Below are positions 1 through 9,965 of a DNA stretch of 35,906 nucleotides, in pieces (positions within the stretch are counted from its first letter, which is position 1; each line of letters starts with the position of its first letter). Both the position numbers and the translations under genes were made by a program. Where the stretch lies: contig CAYYVK010000003.1 in NCBI GenBank assembly GCA_964475145.1, forward strand, positions 1 to 35,906, given 5' to 3'. The notes below the pieces were generated by a model that saw nothing but the letters and a program-made list of their open reading frames with translations, had not been told where the DNA came from and searched no databases. The DNA is from an uncultured archaeon (GTDB taxonomy: Archaea > Aenigmatarchaeota > Aenigmatarchaeia > CG10238-14 > SCSR01).

Positions 1-1487
1 TCTACTGAAAGATCATAGACATATCCTTCAAACTCGATCTTTCTTATCTCCTTAATTTTATCCCAAAAGATATCGTTAGTTACTAGCTCGATTAATTTCT
101 TTCCGTCAACAGGATTGTTAAGCTTTACAACATTTCCCATATTCTCGTTCACAAGCCTTAGCAAATGTTCCCTACCTATATTTGATCCTTTCAAATATAC
201 CTTATGCCAACTCTTCCAATGGGAATATGAATTAAACCAGCGTCTAAATACATACTTTAACTCTCTGTATACATGCTTAGGCAATGGTATTATATCAGCA
301 ACTTCATGCCATTTCCTGCATAAAAGTTCGTTTAATTTTTTCTTCTTGTATTCTTGCTCAAAGTTTATGAATCTCGCAAAATTCTTCAAAAACCTTTTAG
401 AAGATATTCTGCATTCCCAGTATTCCTTGCCTTGTTTATCCTTATAAAAGCTTTTCCTCAGAACTATACCAAAATTGAGCAAAAGTGTCTCTAAATCCTT
501 TGCCAAATTTGCAGAATATGTGGAAAGCTTTACCTCATTCTTACTAACCCAACCTTCTGCTGAAAACAAACCCTTCAAAAATTCAGACTTTAGTTCTTGC
601 CTAAAGGAGAATACAACCTCTGGTATTCTCTTATTAAAGGAATCTCCAGTAAAACCAAGATTAATCATAAGTTGCTTAAGTAAAGAAGAGTTTATCATAA
701 CAGAAAATCCATCAGAATGTCTCTTCGGAGAAATACCATACTTTTTACAAAAGCTCTCCAACCTTCTTAAAAATTCTTCATCACTCATAGTTATTATGAT
801 GCTATTTTTGTCATAGCGCCCATCACCAACCCAACAGCCTAACAAGAATGCAAAATCCTTATCAATTTTAAACTTGGCTGGAAGGCTTAGTCTGCCTTTT
901 AAGACATAAAAGTCTTCCAATTCTGCTTCACTAAAGTAGTTTTTTATTTTTCTAAACAAGCTAATAGGTAAAACTCCTTTAGTTCTGTAGAACCTTCTTT
1001 TACTCCTCAACCTAGTAGGTATGTTCTCTATAAGGAACTTCCTACCTTCTTTACTTTTTAGAAAATCTTTAAGCTTTTCGCTTTTCACGAAAACTTTATT
1101 GTCTTTGAGTACTTCTATTAAATCGATTTCATCTATACTTTCTGGCAATACAAGAAACCTTGGAGTAGCTATGTAAGAACCTTCTCTTAATTCTTGAACC
1201 TTTACAGGCACTATTGATAGATCTTGAGATAGAGAAAAGAGTGAGTGGTCACCAGTTGTCTTTATCATTTTTCCTGAAGCTAACAGAATTTCGTACAGAG
1301 GTTTTTTGACTTTATGTCTAAAAATTTTTCTTACTCTTCTAAACTCAACTCTACCCTCTTTATTTACCGATAAAACTTCAAGGTTAGCTGGGAATACTTC
1401 ATCAGAAGCATCTAACAGTTCCTTTATTTTTCTCCTTTTGATTTTCCCATCTTCCTTCAAAAGAATTTCTTCTTCTCCACTAACACT
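1..1487 (-). mobile_element. Intein with LAGLIDADG homing endonuclease (C-terminal splice junction just outside the window)
   Basis: Block A SVSGEEEIL starts at 1487 directly after IED. Block B IKTTGDHSLF (~1265-1236). LAGLIDADG-type helices FAFLLGCWVGDG (~855-820) and EFLKGLFSAEG (~585-553). Block F region IFWDKIKEI...GYVYDLSV at the window edge. Confidence 0.9.
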
Positions 1488-2312
1488 ATCCTCTATTGAT
1501 AGCACTCTCTGGTTTGGAGGTATGAAATTCATGAAAACGTTCAGCAAAGAAGTTTTACCAGTAGCGGTACCACCAGTTACTATCATGTTTAGCTCGTATT
1601 GAACAGCAAGCCAAATCCAAGCAGCAACCTCATAGTTTAAAGTCTTATTCTCTATAAAGTCGACTATTGTCCAAGGTGATCTTCTAAACTTTCTTATTGT
1701 TATCGTGTTACCAAAAGTTGAAATTGGAAAAAGTGTTGCATTTACCCTGTCTCCAGTAGGTAAATGAGCATCCATCAAAGGATTCAAAATTGTTATCTGC
1801 CTTCCTACTTTTCTACCTATGTTGTTCGCGTAATTTAGAATGTCGTTCTCAGATTTTATCTGCAAAGTTGTCTTAAGCCATCCAAACTTTTTATGATAGA
1901 CCCAAACAGGCTCTCTTACACCATTAACAACTACTTCTTCTACGTTAGGGTCTGCTAGCAAAAATTCTATCCTGCCAAGACCAAACATCTCCTGAATAAG
2001 CAAACCTATTAGTATATCTCTTATTTCCTTTGTTAAAGTTGGTATTTCCTTCTGGAGTAAGGCAGTTCCTTTCTCGTAGAAAGTTTTTTTCATTTTTTCT
2101 ATAGAAGAGGGGTCCATCAGTTCTGTTGTTTTAACTGGGATTTCTGTCAAAAGAGTAGTTCTTACCTTATCCAGCAAAGCTAAAGTAGCAGGTGCAACTT
2201 CTGGAACTTTCAAATCATAAACAGGTACAAAATCTTTTGTCCTCACTATGTTTATAACCGTCTTTATTCTATCAGCTTCCACGCTATAACTTTCCAAAAT
2301 TTTTTCTGCCAC
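1..2312 (-). CDS. Type II/IV secretion or pilus-assembly ATPase (VirB11/TadA/CpaF-like), intein-containing, runs off the left edge
   Basis: Read manually on the minus strand from GTG at 2312: MAEKILESYSVEAD...GLGRIEFLLADPNVEEVVVNG...DAHLPTGDRVNA...ITIRKF...Walker A GGTATGKTS...VLSIED, then intein sequence. The frame at position 1 matches the start frame. Probably missing from the ORF track because the stop lies outside the window. Confidence 0.9.
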   Translation of the reverse strand, partial: MAEKILESYSVEADRIKTVINIVRTKDFVPVYDLKVPEVAPATLALLDKVRTTLLTEIPVKTTELMDPSSIEKMKKTFYEKGTALLQKEIPTLTKEIRDILIGLLIQEMFGLGRIEFLLADPNVEEVVVNGVREPVWVYHKKFGWLKTTLQIKSENDILNYANNIGRKVGRQITILNPLMDAHLPTGDRVNATLFPISTFGNTITIRKFRRSPWTIVDFIENKTLNYEVAAWIWLAVQYELNMIVTGGTATGKTSLLNVFMNFIPPNQRVLSIEDSVSGEEEILLKEDGKIKRRKIKELLDASDEVFPANLEVLSVNKEGRVEFRRVRKIFRHKVKKPLYEILLASGKMIKTTGDHSLFSLSQDLSIVPVKVQELREGSYIATPRFLVLPESIDEIDLIEVLKDNKVFVKSEKLKDFLKSKEGRKFLIENIPTRLRSKRRFYRTKGVLPISLFRKIKNYFSEAELEDFYVLKGRLSLPAKFKIDKDFAFLLGCWVGDGRYDKNSIIITMSDEEFLRRLESFCKKYGISPKRHSDGFSVMINSSLLKQLMINLGFTGDSFNKRIPEVVFSFRQELKSEFLKGLFSAEGWVSKNEVKLSTYSANLAKDLETLLLNFGIVLRKSFYKDKQGKEYWECRISSKRFLKNFARFINFEQEYKKKKLNELLCRKWHEVADIIPLPKHVYRELKYVFRRWFNSYSHWKSWHKVYLKGSNIGREHLLRLVNENMGNVVKLNNPVDGKKLIELVTNDIFWDKIKEIRKIEFEGYVYDLSV

Positions 2313-2343
2313 ATATATAATTTAGTTTGTAATAAAAAATCGT

Positions 2344-3087
2344 TTATAACTTAGCTTTCATCTTGACTGAAGGATTTCCTACAACAGGATACTCAACTTC
2401 CAACAACCCATGTTCCTCTAAGACTTTGCACCACTCCTCTATCAAACTTTCTGGAACATTTAGCCTCCTAGAAAGCTCTTTAAAAGTTTTTCTACCTTCT
2501 CTTTCCAGAATCGCAACCATCTCGTCCACCTTTGTAAACACCTTTTGCTTTATCTCTTCCTTCGACTTACCTCTCAACAGGTCAGTTCTTGTTATTATTC
2601 CAACTAAATTTTTCCTCTTGTCAAGAACTAAAAGCCTTTTTATCTTAAACTTGTCCATCTTCTTCTCTGCTTCTTCTATCGTCTCATGCTGATAGATGCA
2701 GATAGGCTTTTTCATCACTTCCCTTACCTTTACTTTTGCTAACATAGACCTTTCATCTTCTGTTAGTCCTTCAAGAGTATCCTTTTTTAACAAGTTCAAA
2801 ATGTCTGTCTTGCTTATCTCGCCAATGAAAAATTTCCTATCAAGAACAGGTGCACCAGATATATTTTTGCTCAAGAAGAGGTCTACAACACTATCTAGAG
2901 TAGAAGAAGGACTGACAGAAATTATCTTTCTCGTCATTAGTTCTGAAACTAAAACTTTTCTCTTTTCAACCTTTCTTACTTTACCAAGCTTTACCAGCCT
3001 TCTTACCTTTTTTCTGCGTTTAACAACAGGTTTTACGGGTTCTTTAACCTTTCTTCTAAAAATAGACTTCAACCACTCAAACACCAT
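2344..3087 (-). CDS. CBS-pair protein with C-terminal winged-helix domain
   Basis: Two CBS repeats (VSELMTRKIISV...ISGAPVLD...GEISKTD; VREVMKKPI...IKRLLVLD...VGIITRTD). C-terminal HTH-like TFKELSRRLNVPESLIEEWCKVLEEHGLL. Confidence 0.85.
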   Translation of the reverse strand: MVFEWLKSIFRRKVKEPVKPVVKRRKKVRRLVKLGKVRKVEKRKVLVSELMTRKIISVSPSSTLDSVVDLFLSKNISGAPVLDRKFFIGEISKTDILNLLKKDTLEGLTEDERSMLAKVKVREVMKKPICIYQHETIEEAEKKMDKFKIKRLLVLDKRKNLVGIITRTDLLRGKSKEEIKQKVFTKVDEMVAILEREGRKTFKELSRRLNVPESLIEEWCKVLEEHGLLEVEYPVVGNPSVKMKAKL

Positions 3088-3146
3088 GATTTTTATTTTT
3101 GTTTTTTAAGATATTAAGTAAAAGCTTGAACAGGAAATTGATAAGT

Positions 3147-4973
3147 ATGAGAATATTGCAATTGCACGTAAACTATGTGGAATATGAGCCTATCAAAAAG
3201 GAAATTGCAAAGGCTGAAGAGGCTGAAAAGAAGAGATATAAATTTGAAGATATACTGCTTCTACTTACTTGCGTAGAAAAGAAGGATGATGTAGAAATTG
3301 GAAAAAAGGCTATAGAAGATGTGAAAGAATTCTTAAGTAAGCTAAAACTTAATAGAATTCTCATCTATCCTTTTGCTCACTTGAGTAGTGATATTGCTGA
3401 ACCAGAAGAAGCTTTAAAAGTTGTTAGAGAAATGGAAACTTATGCAAAAAGTTTAGGCATAGAAACTTATAGAGCGCCATTCGGGTGGAACAAAGCTTTA
3501 ACGATTTCTGTAAAAGGTCATCCCTTAGCAGAGCAGTCCAGAACCTATACAAAAGAAAGCATTAAAGAAGAAAAGCGTGGAGAAATGAAAAAAGAGTATC
3601 TGATATTAACGGAAGACGGAAAACTTTTCAAACCAGAAGAATACAAATTCAAAAAAGAAGAGGAAGACCTTAAAGTTCTGGTAGAAAAGGAAGCTTTGGG
3701 AATAGAGTCTAAAGCTCGTGGAGAACCTAAATATATAAAATTCATGAAAAGGTTTGGGTTTGACTGGGAACCTATGGCTGATGTTGGGCATATGCGATTT
3801 GGCCCTGAAGCATCGCTTATATTCGATTTAGTTGCTGACTATTCTCAAAAGCTGGCTCAATCCTTAGGAATTCCAGTCTACCTGATAAAAGGAAGCAATA
3901 TGTTCAACATGGGTATAGATGCGATAAAAGAGCATGCTGGTCTTTTTGGAAGCAGGATGTATAAAGTAAACGTTGAAAACAAGAGCTTTGTGATGAGGTA
4001 TGCTGCATGCTTTCAACAATTTGCTCTAATTAGAAACTGGCAAATAAGCTACAAGCATTTGCCTTTTGGTGCTTTTGAAGTTGCTGATAGTTACAGGCTT
4101 GAACAATCCGGTGAACTTCTTCTCTCTTTCAGGTCAAGAAAGTTCACCATGCCTGACTTACACGTTTTTTGTAAAGATTTAGAAGAAGCAAAAGAATGGT
4201 TCTTCAAAATTCACGAAAAGATATACGAAGAAATAAAAAAGATTGGAAGAGACTATTACTCACTTTACAACTTGACTTCCAAAGAATTTTTCGAAGAAAA
4301 TAAGGAGTGGATACTAAAACTTGTAAAGCATGAGAGGAAGCCTGTAGTATTGTGCTTCTATCCTCCGGGAGTAAACTATTACTGGATCTTAAACATAGAG
4401 TATTGTATCATTGATGAGATGAAAAGACCAAGAGAAATAGCTACTGTTCAAATAGATGTAGGGAACTCAAAAAGGTTTGGAATAAAGTTTACTGATAAGG
4501 GTGGTGAGGAGCGGTACCCCGTTATTCTACATACTGCCCTAATAGGTTCTATAGAAAGATATATCTACACAATCTTTGATACTGCTCTAAGGATGAAAAA
4601 TCCCTTGTTACCTATGTGGCTTTCACCAACACAAGTTAGAATATGCCCAATGAGCGATGAATTCAAAGAAGAAGCTGTTAGAATTGCAAATAGGTTGAAA
4701 AAAGAAGGTATAAGAGTTGATGTAGACGATAGAAGAGAAACAATAAATAGGAAAATAAGAGATGCAGAAATTTGCTGGATTCCTCTTCAAGTTGTCATAG
4801 GTAAGGAAGAAGTTAAAAGCGGTAAGCTTTCTGTCAGGATTAGAGAAAGCAGTAAAATTGAAAAAATGAATCTAGAAGAACTGATAAAATATGTAAAAGA
4901 AAAAGTAAAAGGCTATCCGTTTAGAGATTCTTCCATGCCAATGCTTTTATCCCAAAGACCAGTCGTATCTTAA
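3147..4973 (+). CDS. thrS: Threonine--tRNA ligase, archaeal type with N-terminal editing domain
   Basis: MRILQLH N-terminus (ATG 3147 preferred), YPFAHLSS, RAPFGW, GHPLAEQSR editing motifs; MRYAAC, FTMPDLH, ILHTA zinc ligands; GSIER motif 3; anticodon-binding domain. Confidence 0.97.
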   Translation: MRILQLHVNYVEYEPIKKEIAKAEEAEKKRYKFEDILLLLTCVEKKDDVEIGKKAIEDVKEFLSKLKLNRILIYPFAHLSSDIAEPEEALKVVREMETYAKSLGIETYRAPFGWNKALTISVKGHPLAEQSRTYTKESIKEEKRGEMKKEYLILTEDGKLFKPEEYKFKKEEEDLKVLVEKEALGIESKARGEPKYIKFMKRFGFDWEPMADVGHMRFGPEASLIFDLVADYSQKLAQSLGIPVYLIKGSNMFNMGIDAIKEHAGLFGSRMYKVNVENKSFVMRYAACFQQFALIRNWQISYKHLPFGAFEVADSYRLEQSGELLLSFRSRKFTMPDLHVFCKDLEEAKEWFFKIHEKIYEEIKKIGRDYYSLYNLTSKEFFEENKEWILKLVKHERKPVVLCFYPPGVNYYWILNIEYCIIDEMKRPREIATVQIDVGNSKRFGIKFTDKGGEERYPVILHTALIGSIERYIYTIFDTALRMKNPLLPMWLSPTQVRICPMSDEFKEEAVRIANRLKKEGIRVDVDDRRETINRKIRDAEICWIPLQVVIGKEEVKSGKLSVRIRESSKIEKMNLEELIKYVKEKVKGYPFRDSSMPMLLSQRPVVS

Positions 4974-5791
4974 TGTATAGGTTTAGAGTGTTCCCAAACT
5001 AATTGGAAGAGTGGGTCCAAAACATTCCTAGAAGCATACTCGCTCTTGCTCCATATACCTAAATCTTGGGTAGAGTGTATTGCTTTATGGTCGACCAAAC
5101 CAAAAAACATTTCTTTACCATCGACTATAGCAAACCTGCCATAGAGAGGTATTTCCTTTTCGTCTACAAGTCTTACTTCTGCTATGCCACTCAACACTTT
5201 TAATACATCAGCATACTTTTCATTAAAGTTTGTAGCTATTTTTATTTCAACTCCTTTCTCCTTCGCATTCTTCAAAGCATTGAAATTATTAGTCACAACT
5301 TCACTCAACCATTCAGGAGTTGCGACTATGTTTATCTTCTTAGACGCATTTCTAAACATAGAATCTAGCTGCTGAGCTACAGAATGTTTGCCCCTTACAG
5401 CGCCAGTTATTTCTTCAGGAGAAATCAGCTTCATTCCTTTGTTAAAAATTTCTTTTAACTCACGCATTACTGGAGATGATTTAATATCGTCTATCCTCTG
5501 TTGCATTTCTTTTATTTTCTCTTCCATCCTTTTCTTCATCCTTTCTAATGCTTCTTCTGGTGGAATTGCTACATACCTTATTGGCTTGGTAGTTTGAACT
5601 AGCACAAAACCCTTCTCAACTAGAGACTCCAGTATATCATAAGCTCTAGAACGTGGCACGTTTGCTATTTCTGAAAGCTCACCTGCAGTAGAATTGCCAC
5701 GTGCTAACAGAGCAACCCATATCCTTCTTTCATACAAGTTCAATCCTATTCCTTTCAACGCATCCATTACTTTTGTAGATGCTAAAACCAT
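4970..5791 (-). CDS. TrmB-family transcriptional regulator
   Basis: GLNLYERRIWVALL...TAGELSEIANVPRSRAYDILESLVEKGFV TrmB HTH, coiled linker, C-terminal effector domain (RFAIVDGKE). Confidence 0.9.
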   Translation of the reverse strand: MVLASTKVMDALKGIGLNLYERRIWVALLARGNSTAGELSEIANVPRSRAYDILESLVEKGFVLVQTTKPIRYVAIPPEEALERMKKRMEEKIKEMQQRIDDIKSSPVMRELKEIFNKGMKLISPEEITGAVRGKHSVAQQLDSMFRNASKKINIVATPEWLSEVVTNNFNALKNAKEKGVEIKIATNFNEKYADVLKVLSGIAEVRLVDEKEIPLYGRFAIVDGKEMFFGLVDHKAIHSTQDLGIWSKSEYASRNVLDPLFQLVWEHSKPIH

Positions 5792-5835
5792 GAACTCACT
5801 TATTAGTGATTAACAGTACAAACATTTAAATGTTT

Positions 5836-7545
5836 TTATCCTGCCTTCCCTTGACTCTCATAAAGCGCCTTTAATCTGTCGATGGTGTCACAATCTTCAG
5901 GCGAACGATCTTCTCTTATCCTAATCAGCTTTGGAAAACGCAAGGCCATTCCAGACGTATAGTTTGGGGATTTTTGTATTTCCTGATACCCTACTTCTAC
6001 AACTATTGATGGTCTTACCTTTACTTCTCTACCCTTCTCCTCAATTATTAAAGGTTTTAGCACGTCTGTCATCAACTGGAACTGTTCTTCTGTAAGGCCA
6101 GTTCCCATCATCCCACAAGTCAAAAACTCTCCGGTATCTGGGTCACGACATGCTAAAACATAAGAACTTAACCACTTAGCTCTCGCGCCTTCTCCCCAAG
6201 TAGCTCCGACTATCACTAAATCTAAAGTTTCCATGATAGGCTTTATCTTGAACATAGTCCCAACATGCCTGCCAAAAACATAAGGCGAATCTAAAATTTT
6301 CAGCATCAAACCTTCCTGCTTCGCCTCTAAAGCCTCTTTATAAAATTTTTCTAACTCTTTAACATCGTCGCTAATAATTTGTTGTGATAGTTGGAATTTC
6401 CCAGGAATTGGTTTTACTATTTTTTCTAATATCTTTCTTCTTTCTTTAAAGGATTTTTTAATTAACATTTCCCCATCGACAGATAAAACATCAAAAAGGT
6501 TAACTTGAATTGGTATTTCTTTCACCATTTTGTCAACATCATACTTCCTATGTATTCTTTGAGAAAGAAGTTGGAAAGGAAGCGGCTTGCCTGTTTTAAC
6601 ATCTATTGCCAAAGTTTCACCCTCTACTACGCATTCCTCTGGCTTTAAACATTCTAATGCAAGCTTCACCACATCTGGAAACTGATTTGTTACATTTTCC
6701 TGCCTTCTCGTAAACAGAAGAACATTCTTCCCTTTCTTTTCTATTATGGTCCTCATCCCATCATACTTATACTCTGCAGCAATCCTTCCATACTTTTTCA
6801 CAACCTCTTCTATACTTTCTGCCTTTTCACCAAGCATTACTTGAAAAGGTCTACCAAACTCGATTTTAGCTTGCTTTAATCCTTTTACTCCTTTTTCTTT
6901 TGCAAGCTTAGCAACTTCTCCAAAATCTGAAAGGATGTTCCATGCATAATCTACTGCCTCGACAGAGTTTTCCTTCTCTTCCTCTGTTTGTTTTGGGAGG
7001 AAAGCTTCAACTATAGCATCTCTAATTATACCTTCTGCAACCCCCATTCTTAACTCTCCAAGGATTGTCCTAATTATGTACCTTGCCTCTTTAGGTCTTG
7101 CAAAAGTTATCAATCCTGCTATTAAGTTAAGCTTCTTTTCTTGTGATCCTTCTCCGCTAATAGTCGCTAACTTTTGTAAATTTTCAAAAACATAGTCTAC
7201 TGTTAATTTTTTCTTTAACAGAGAAACTTGTTTCTTCTTTTCTAAACACTTTTCTCCGGCGAGCCCTAAATCTCCAGTCTTCTTAAATATTTCCTCTATT
7301 TCATTCGTAGAAAACCCAGTTGCTTTCGATATAGCTCTAATCATCATTTGTGTAGCAACACCAAGCTCCAGCTGATAGTAAGGAGGAAAAACTCTCCCTA
7401 AGCATAGCAATACTACTTTAGGTAATAGCTCACTTGGAGTCTTAGATAAAAGCTCAGCAACTATTCTAGTCTTTTCTAGCTTCGATGACACAGCTTCGAG
7501 CCTTTCATAAGTTTCTGCCAGGAGTAAATACTCCATTCTACTCAT
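5836..7545 (-). CDS. lig: ATP-dependent DNA ligase
   Basis: Motif I EYKYDGMR, VVEGE, LFDVL, EGLMLK, FKIKP, LRFPKLIRIRED. Confidence 0.97.
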   Translation of the reverse strand: MSRMEYLLLAETYERLEAVSSKLEKTRIVAELLSKTPSELLPKVVLLCLGRVFPPYYQLELGVATQMMIRAISKATGFSTNEIEEIFKKTGDLGLAGEKCLEKKKQVSLLKKKLTVDYVFENLQKLATISGEGSQEKKLNLIAGLITFARPKEARYIIRTILGELRMGVAEGIIRDAIVEAFLPKQTEEEKENSVEAVDYAWNILSDFGEVAKLAKEKGVKGLKQAKIEFGRPFQVMLGEKAESIEEVVKKYGRIAAEYKYDGMRTIIEKKGKNVLLFTRRQENVTNQFPDVVKLALECLKPEECVVEGETLAIDVKTGKPLPFQLLSQRIHRKYDVDKMVKEIPIQVNLFDVLSVDGEMLIKKSFKERRKILEKIVKPIPGKFQLSQQIISDDVKELEKFYKEALEAKQEGLMLKILDSPYVFGRHVGTMFKIKPIMETLDLVIVGATWGEGARAKWLSSYVLACRDPDTGEFLTCGMMGTGLTEEQFQLMTDVLKPLIIEEKGREVKVRPSIVVEVGYQEIQKSPNYTSGMALRFPKLIRIREDRSPEDCDTIDRLKALYESQGKAG

Positions 7546-7618
7546 TTAAATTTAGTAGAAAGTAAGCTTATATCTTTTGTTGAAAAACATTTTATTCTTT
7601 TTCGCCTAATTCTTATAC

Positions 7619-8287
7619 ATGAACGTGTTTGAAGCTATTGTAGGAAGAAAATCCATAAGAAAGTTTGAAAAAAGAAGTGTGGACGACAAGCTGATAGGAG
7701 TGTTGCTATACATGGCAACACAAGCACCTTCTGCTGGAAACGTGCAAGACTGGAGGTTTATTGTCGTTAAAGACGAGGAGCAAAAGAAAAAACTTTACAA
7801 AGCTGCTCTAGAGCAAGATTGTATCATAAATGCTCCGGTGGTAATAGTTGTTTGCGGCGACACGAAAAGCATTGCTCTAAGGTACGGCAAAAGAGGTGAA
7901 AATCTTTATTCAATTCAAGATACATCTGCAGCTGTTGAAAACATTCTACTCTCTGCATACGCTCTTGGCCTTGGTACGTGTTGGGTTGGGGCTTTTGATG
8001 AAGAGAACGTTAAAACTGCATTAGGATTGCCAGAGCATGTAAGGCCTTATGCTCTAATACCAGTAGGATATCCAGCTGAAGATCCTAAAAAGCCTGAAAG
8101 AATAGATTTCAATAATTTGACATGGGTAAATAAGTGGGGAGAAAAGTATGAAATATCTTACATCATCCAACCAGGAGTAAAAAGAGAAATTAAGCCTATT
8201 GGTAATCTTCTCGAGGAAAAGCTTAAAAAGGTTAAGAAGAGTAAGAAAATTACGTTTGAAGAACTTTTAAGGATGTTGGCAGAATAA
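7619..8287 (+). CDS. Nitroreductase-family protein
   Basis: RKSIRKF, APSAGNVQDWRFIVV, ENILLSAYALGLGTCWVG, IPVGYP. Confidence 0.93.
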   Translation: MNVFEAIVGRKSIRKFEKRSVDDKLIGVLLYMATQAPSAGNVQDWRFIVVKDEEQKKKLYKAALEQDCIINAPVVIVVCGDTKSIALRYGKRGENLYSIQDTSAAVENILLSAYALGLGTCWVGAFDEENVKTALGLPEHVRPYALIPVGYPAEDPKKPERIDFNNLTWVNKWGEKYEISYIIQPGVKREIKPIGNLLEEKLKKVKKSKKITFEELLRMLAE

Positions 8288-8327
8288 AGTTAAATACGTT
8301 AAAATGAAATTATTAATAGGCGATGGG

Positions 8328-9755
8328 ATGAAAAAGGTTTTGCTTATAATGTTTGCATTGTTATTGATACCTTTTTCAGCTTATGGACAAAAGTTAGTAG
8401 AAGTAACACCATCCCAGGATGTTCTTACCTTAAGTACTGGTGAATCTACGTACGTAGAAATTATAATAAAAAACAATCAACCTTTTACCGACACCTTCTC
8501 TTTTTCTGTTTTCCCCTCTACCTCCTCTGGTGTTAGTGTAACTCCAGAAAAGAATGTAATAACAATAGAGAGGACTTCTGAACAAACTGTAAGAGTTTAT
8601 TTTTCAGCGCAGATCGATGCTCCAGAAAACTTGTTAAAGTTTTCAGTCTTGGTAAAATCTTTAACTACCGATGCTAGCAGTGGTTGTGACATTATTGTCT
8701 TTACCAAGAGGAAAACACCAATCTACATTTCTAACATAAGCGTCAACAAATATACTTTTGAGCCTGAAGAAAAATTGACTATAGAAATATCATTGACAAA
8801 CATTTATCCAAAAACTTCTTACACTTATGAGTTGCAAATGTTTATAAAGTATGGAAACAACATAGTTCAGGAATTTGATGAACATATACTAATTAGACCT
8901 TTAGAAACAGTAAAAATAAAGAATGAGTATAAGTTCGGAAAGTATGAGAGACCAGGACAGTATAATATAATTATATACTTAAAAGATGAAAACGGCAATA
9001 TAGTATCTAGTAGGGAAATAAGCGTAACTTTACTGCCTGTTGTAAAGATTCCTTCTAACTACACAGAAAAAACTACAAGTATAGGCTTTCTCTCATTCAC
9101 AACAACCATAGTCATCAAGAATGATGGAAATACGGTAGCTCCTCCGTTCTACTTGAGCGAAGAGTTACCCGTTATTGCAAAAGGTATGTTTTCAGCAAGC
9201 ATACCCCCAGTAAAAGAAGAGGTGCGTGGTAGTACCATTGTATACAGCTGGTACATTCCATACCTTGCTCCAGGCGAAGCTATTGTAATAAAATACCAAG
9301 TTAGCTTCTTAGGTCTTTGGTTAACTCTAATAATTATAGGTGCTCTTACATACTTTTCTTACAGATACACTTTTACTGCAACAGTAGTAAAGATTTGCAA
9401 ATATAAAGGGGCTATCAAGAAAGACAAGGAAATTTTTGTTGCAGTAGAAGTTAAAAACAAGACTGTAAGAGAGCTAAATGACGTGATACTTACAGATAGA
9501 CTACCTGCTGTTGTTCAAGTAGTAGAAAAGTTTGACACCCTTCAACCAAAGATAAGGAAATCGAAAGGTGGTACCGAACTTGTTTGGAATCTTGGAAAAT
9601 TAAAGCCCAGAGAAGAAAGAGTTGTGACCTATAGAATTAAGCCAGTGATGGACATTGCAGGCAGTTTAAGGTTACCAGCTGCATCCCTAAGCTATACTGG
9701 GAAAAAAGGTTTAGAAACAGTATTCTCAAAGAGCGTTCTCCTTCAACCAAAGTAG
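8328..9755 (+). CDS. Membrane-anchored protein with several Ig-like (DUF11/CARDB-like) beta-sandwich domains
   Basis: Signal peptide MKKVLLIMFALLLIPFSAYG (ATG 8328; 8304 also possible), beta-rich repeats, one TM helix FLGLWLTLIIIGALTYFSY, and a further beta domain after it. Confidence 0.7.
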   Translation: MKKVLLIMFALLLIPFSAYGQKLVEVTPSQDVLTLSTGESTYVEIIIKNNQPFTDTFSFSVFPSTSSGVSVTPEKNVITIERTSEQTVRVYFSAQIDAPENLLKFSVLVKSLTTDASSGCDIIVFTKRKTPIYISNISVNKYTFEPEEKLTIEISLTNIYPKTSYTYELQMFIKYGNNIVQEFDEHILIRPLETVKIKNEYKFGKYERPGQYNIIIYLKDENGNIVSSREISVTLLPVVKIPSNYTEKTTSIGFLSFTTTIVIKNDGNTVAPPFYLSEELPVIAKGMFSASIPPVKEEVRGSTIVYSWYIPYLAPGEAIVIKYQVSFLGLWLTLIIIGALTYFSYRYTFTATVVKICKYKGAIKKDKEIFVAVEVKNKTVRELNDVILTDRLPAVVQVVEKFDTLQPKIRKSKGGTELVWNLGKLKPREERVVTYRIKPVMDIAGSLRLPAASLSYTGKKGLETVFSKSVLLQPK

Positions 9756-9770
9756 AAAACTTTTTAAATA
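9755..9770 (+). promoter_or_regulatory. BRE/TATA promoter for the 5S rRNA
   Basis: GAAAAC followed by TTTTTAAATA; TATA element 22-29 nt upstream of the 5S start, the typical archaeal spacing. Confidence 0.55.
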
Positions 9771-9791
9771 GTTTCCACTAATAGATTATTT

Positions 9792-9910
9792 GGTTGGCGA
9801 CCAGAAAGAAGGGGAAACACCTGAACCCATTCCGAACTCAGAAGTTAAGCCCTTCGTTGTGCTGGTTTGTACTGTGCGAAGAGCACGGGAACTCCAGTAA
9901 GTCGCCAACC
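9792..9910 (+). rRNA. rrf: 5S rRNA (not linked to 16S/23S in this window)
   Basis: Terminal helix GGTTGGCGAC/GTCGCCAACC, conserved ACACCTGAACCCATTCCGAACTCAGAAGTTAAGC, 119 nt. Confidence 0.95.
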
Positions 9911-9965
9911 ACTATTTTTAACTATAGCAAATAAAAAGAGTTTAAGAGAAAAATATTATTATTAA

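Noticed and set aside
115-1602. Plus-strand ORFs 115-447, 475-816 and 1306-1602
   Set aside because: Antisense shadows of the minus-strand ATPase/intein frame; Ser/Phe/Leu-rich with no motifs. The same applies to the many short antisense ORFs over the housekeeping genes.
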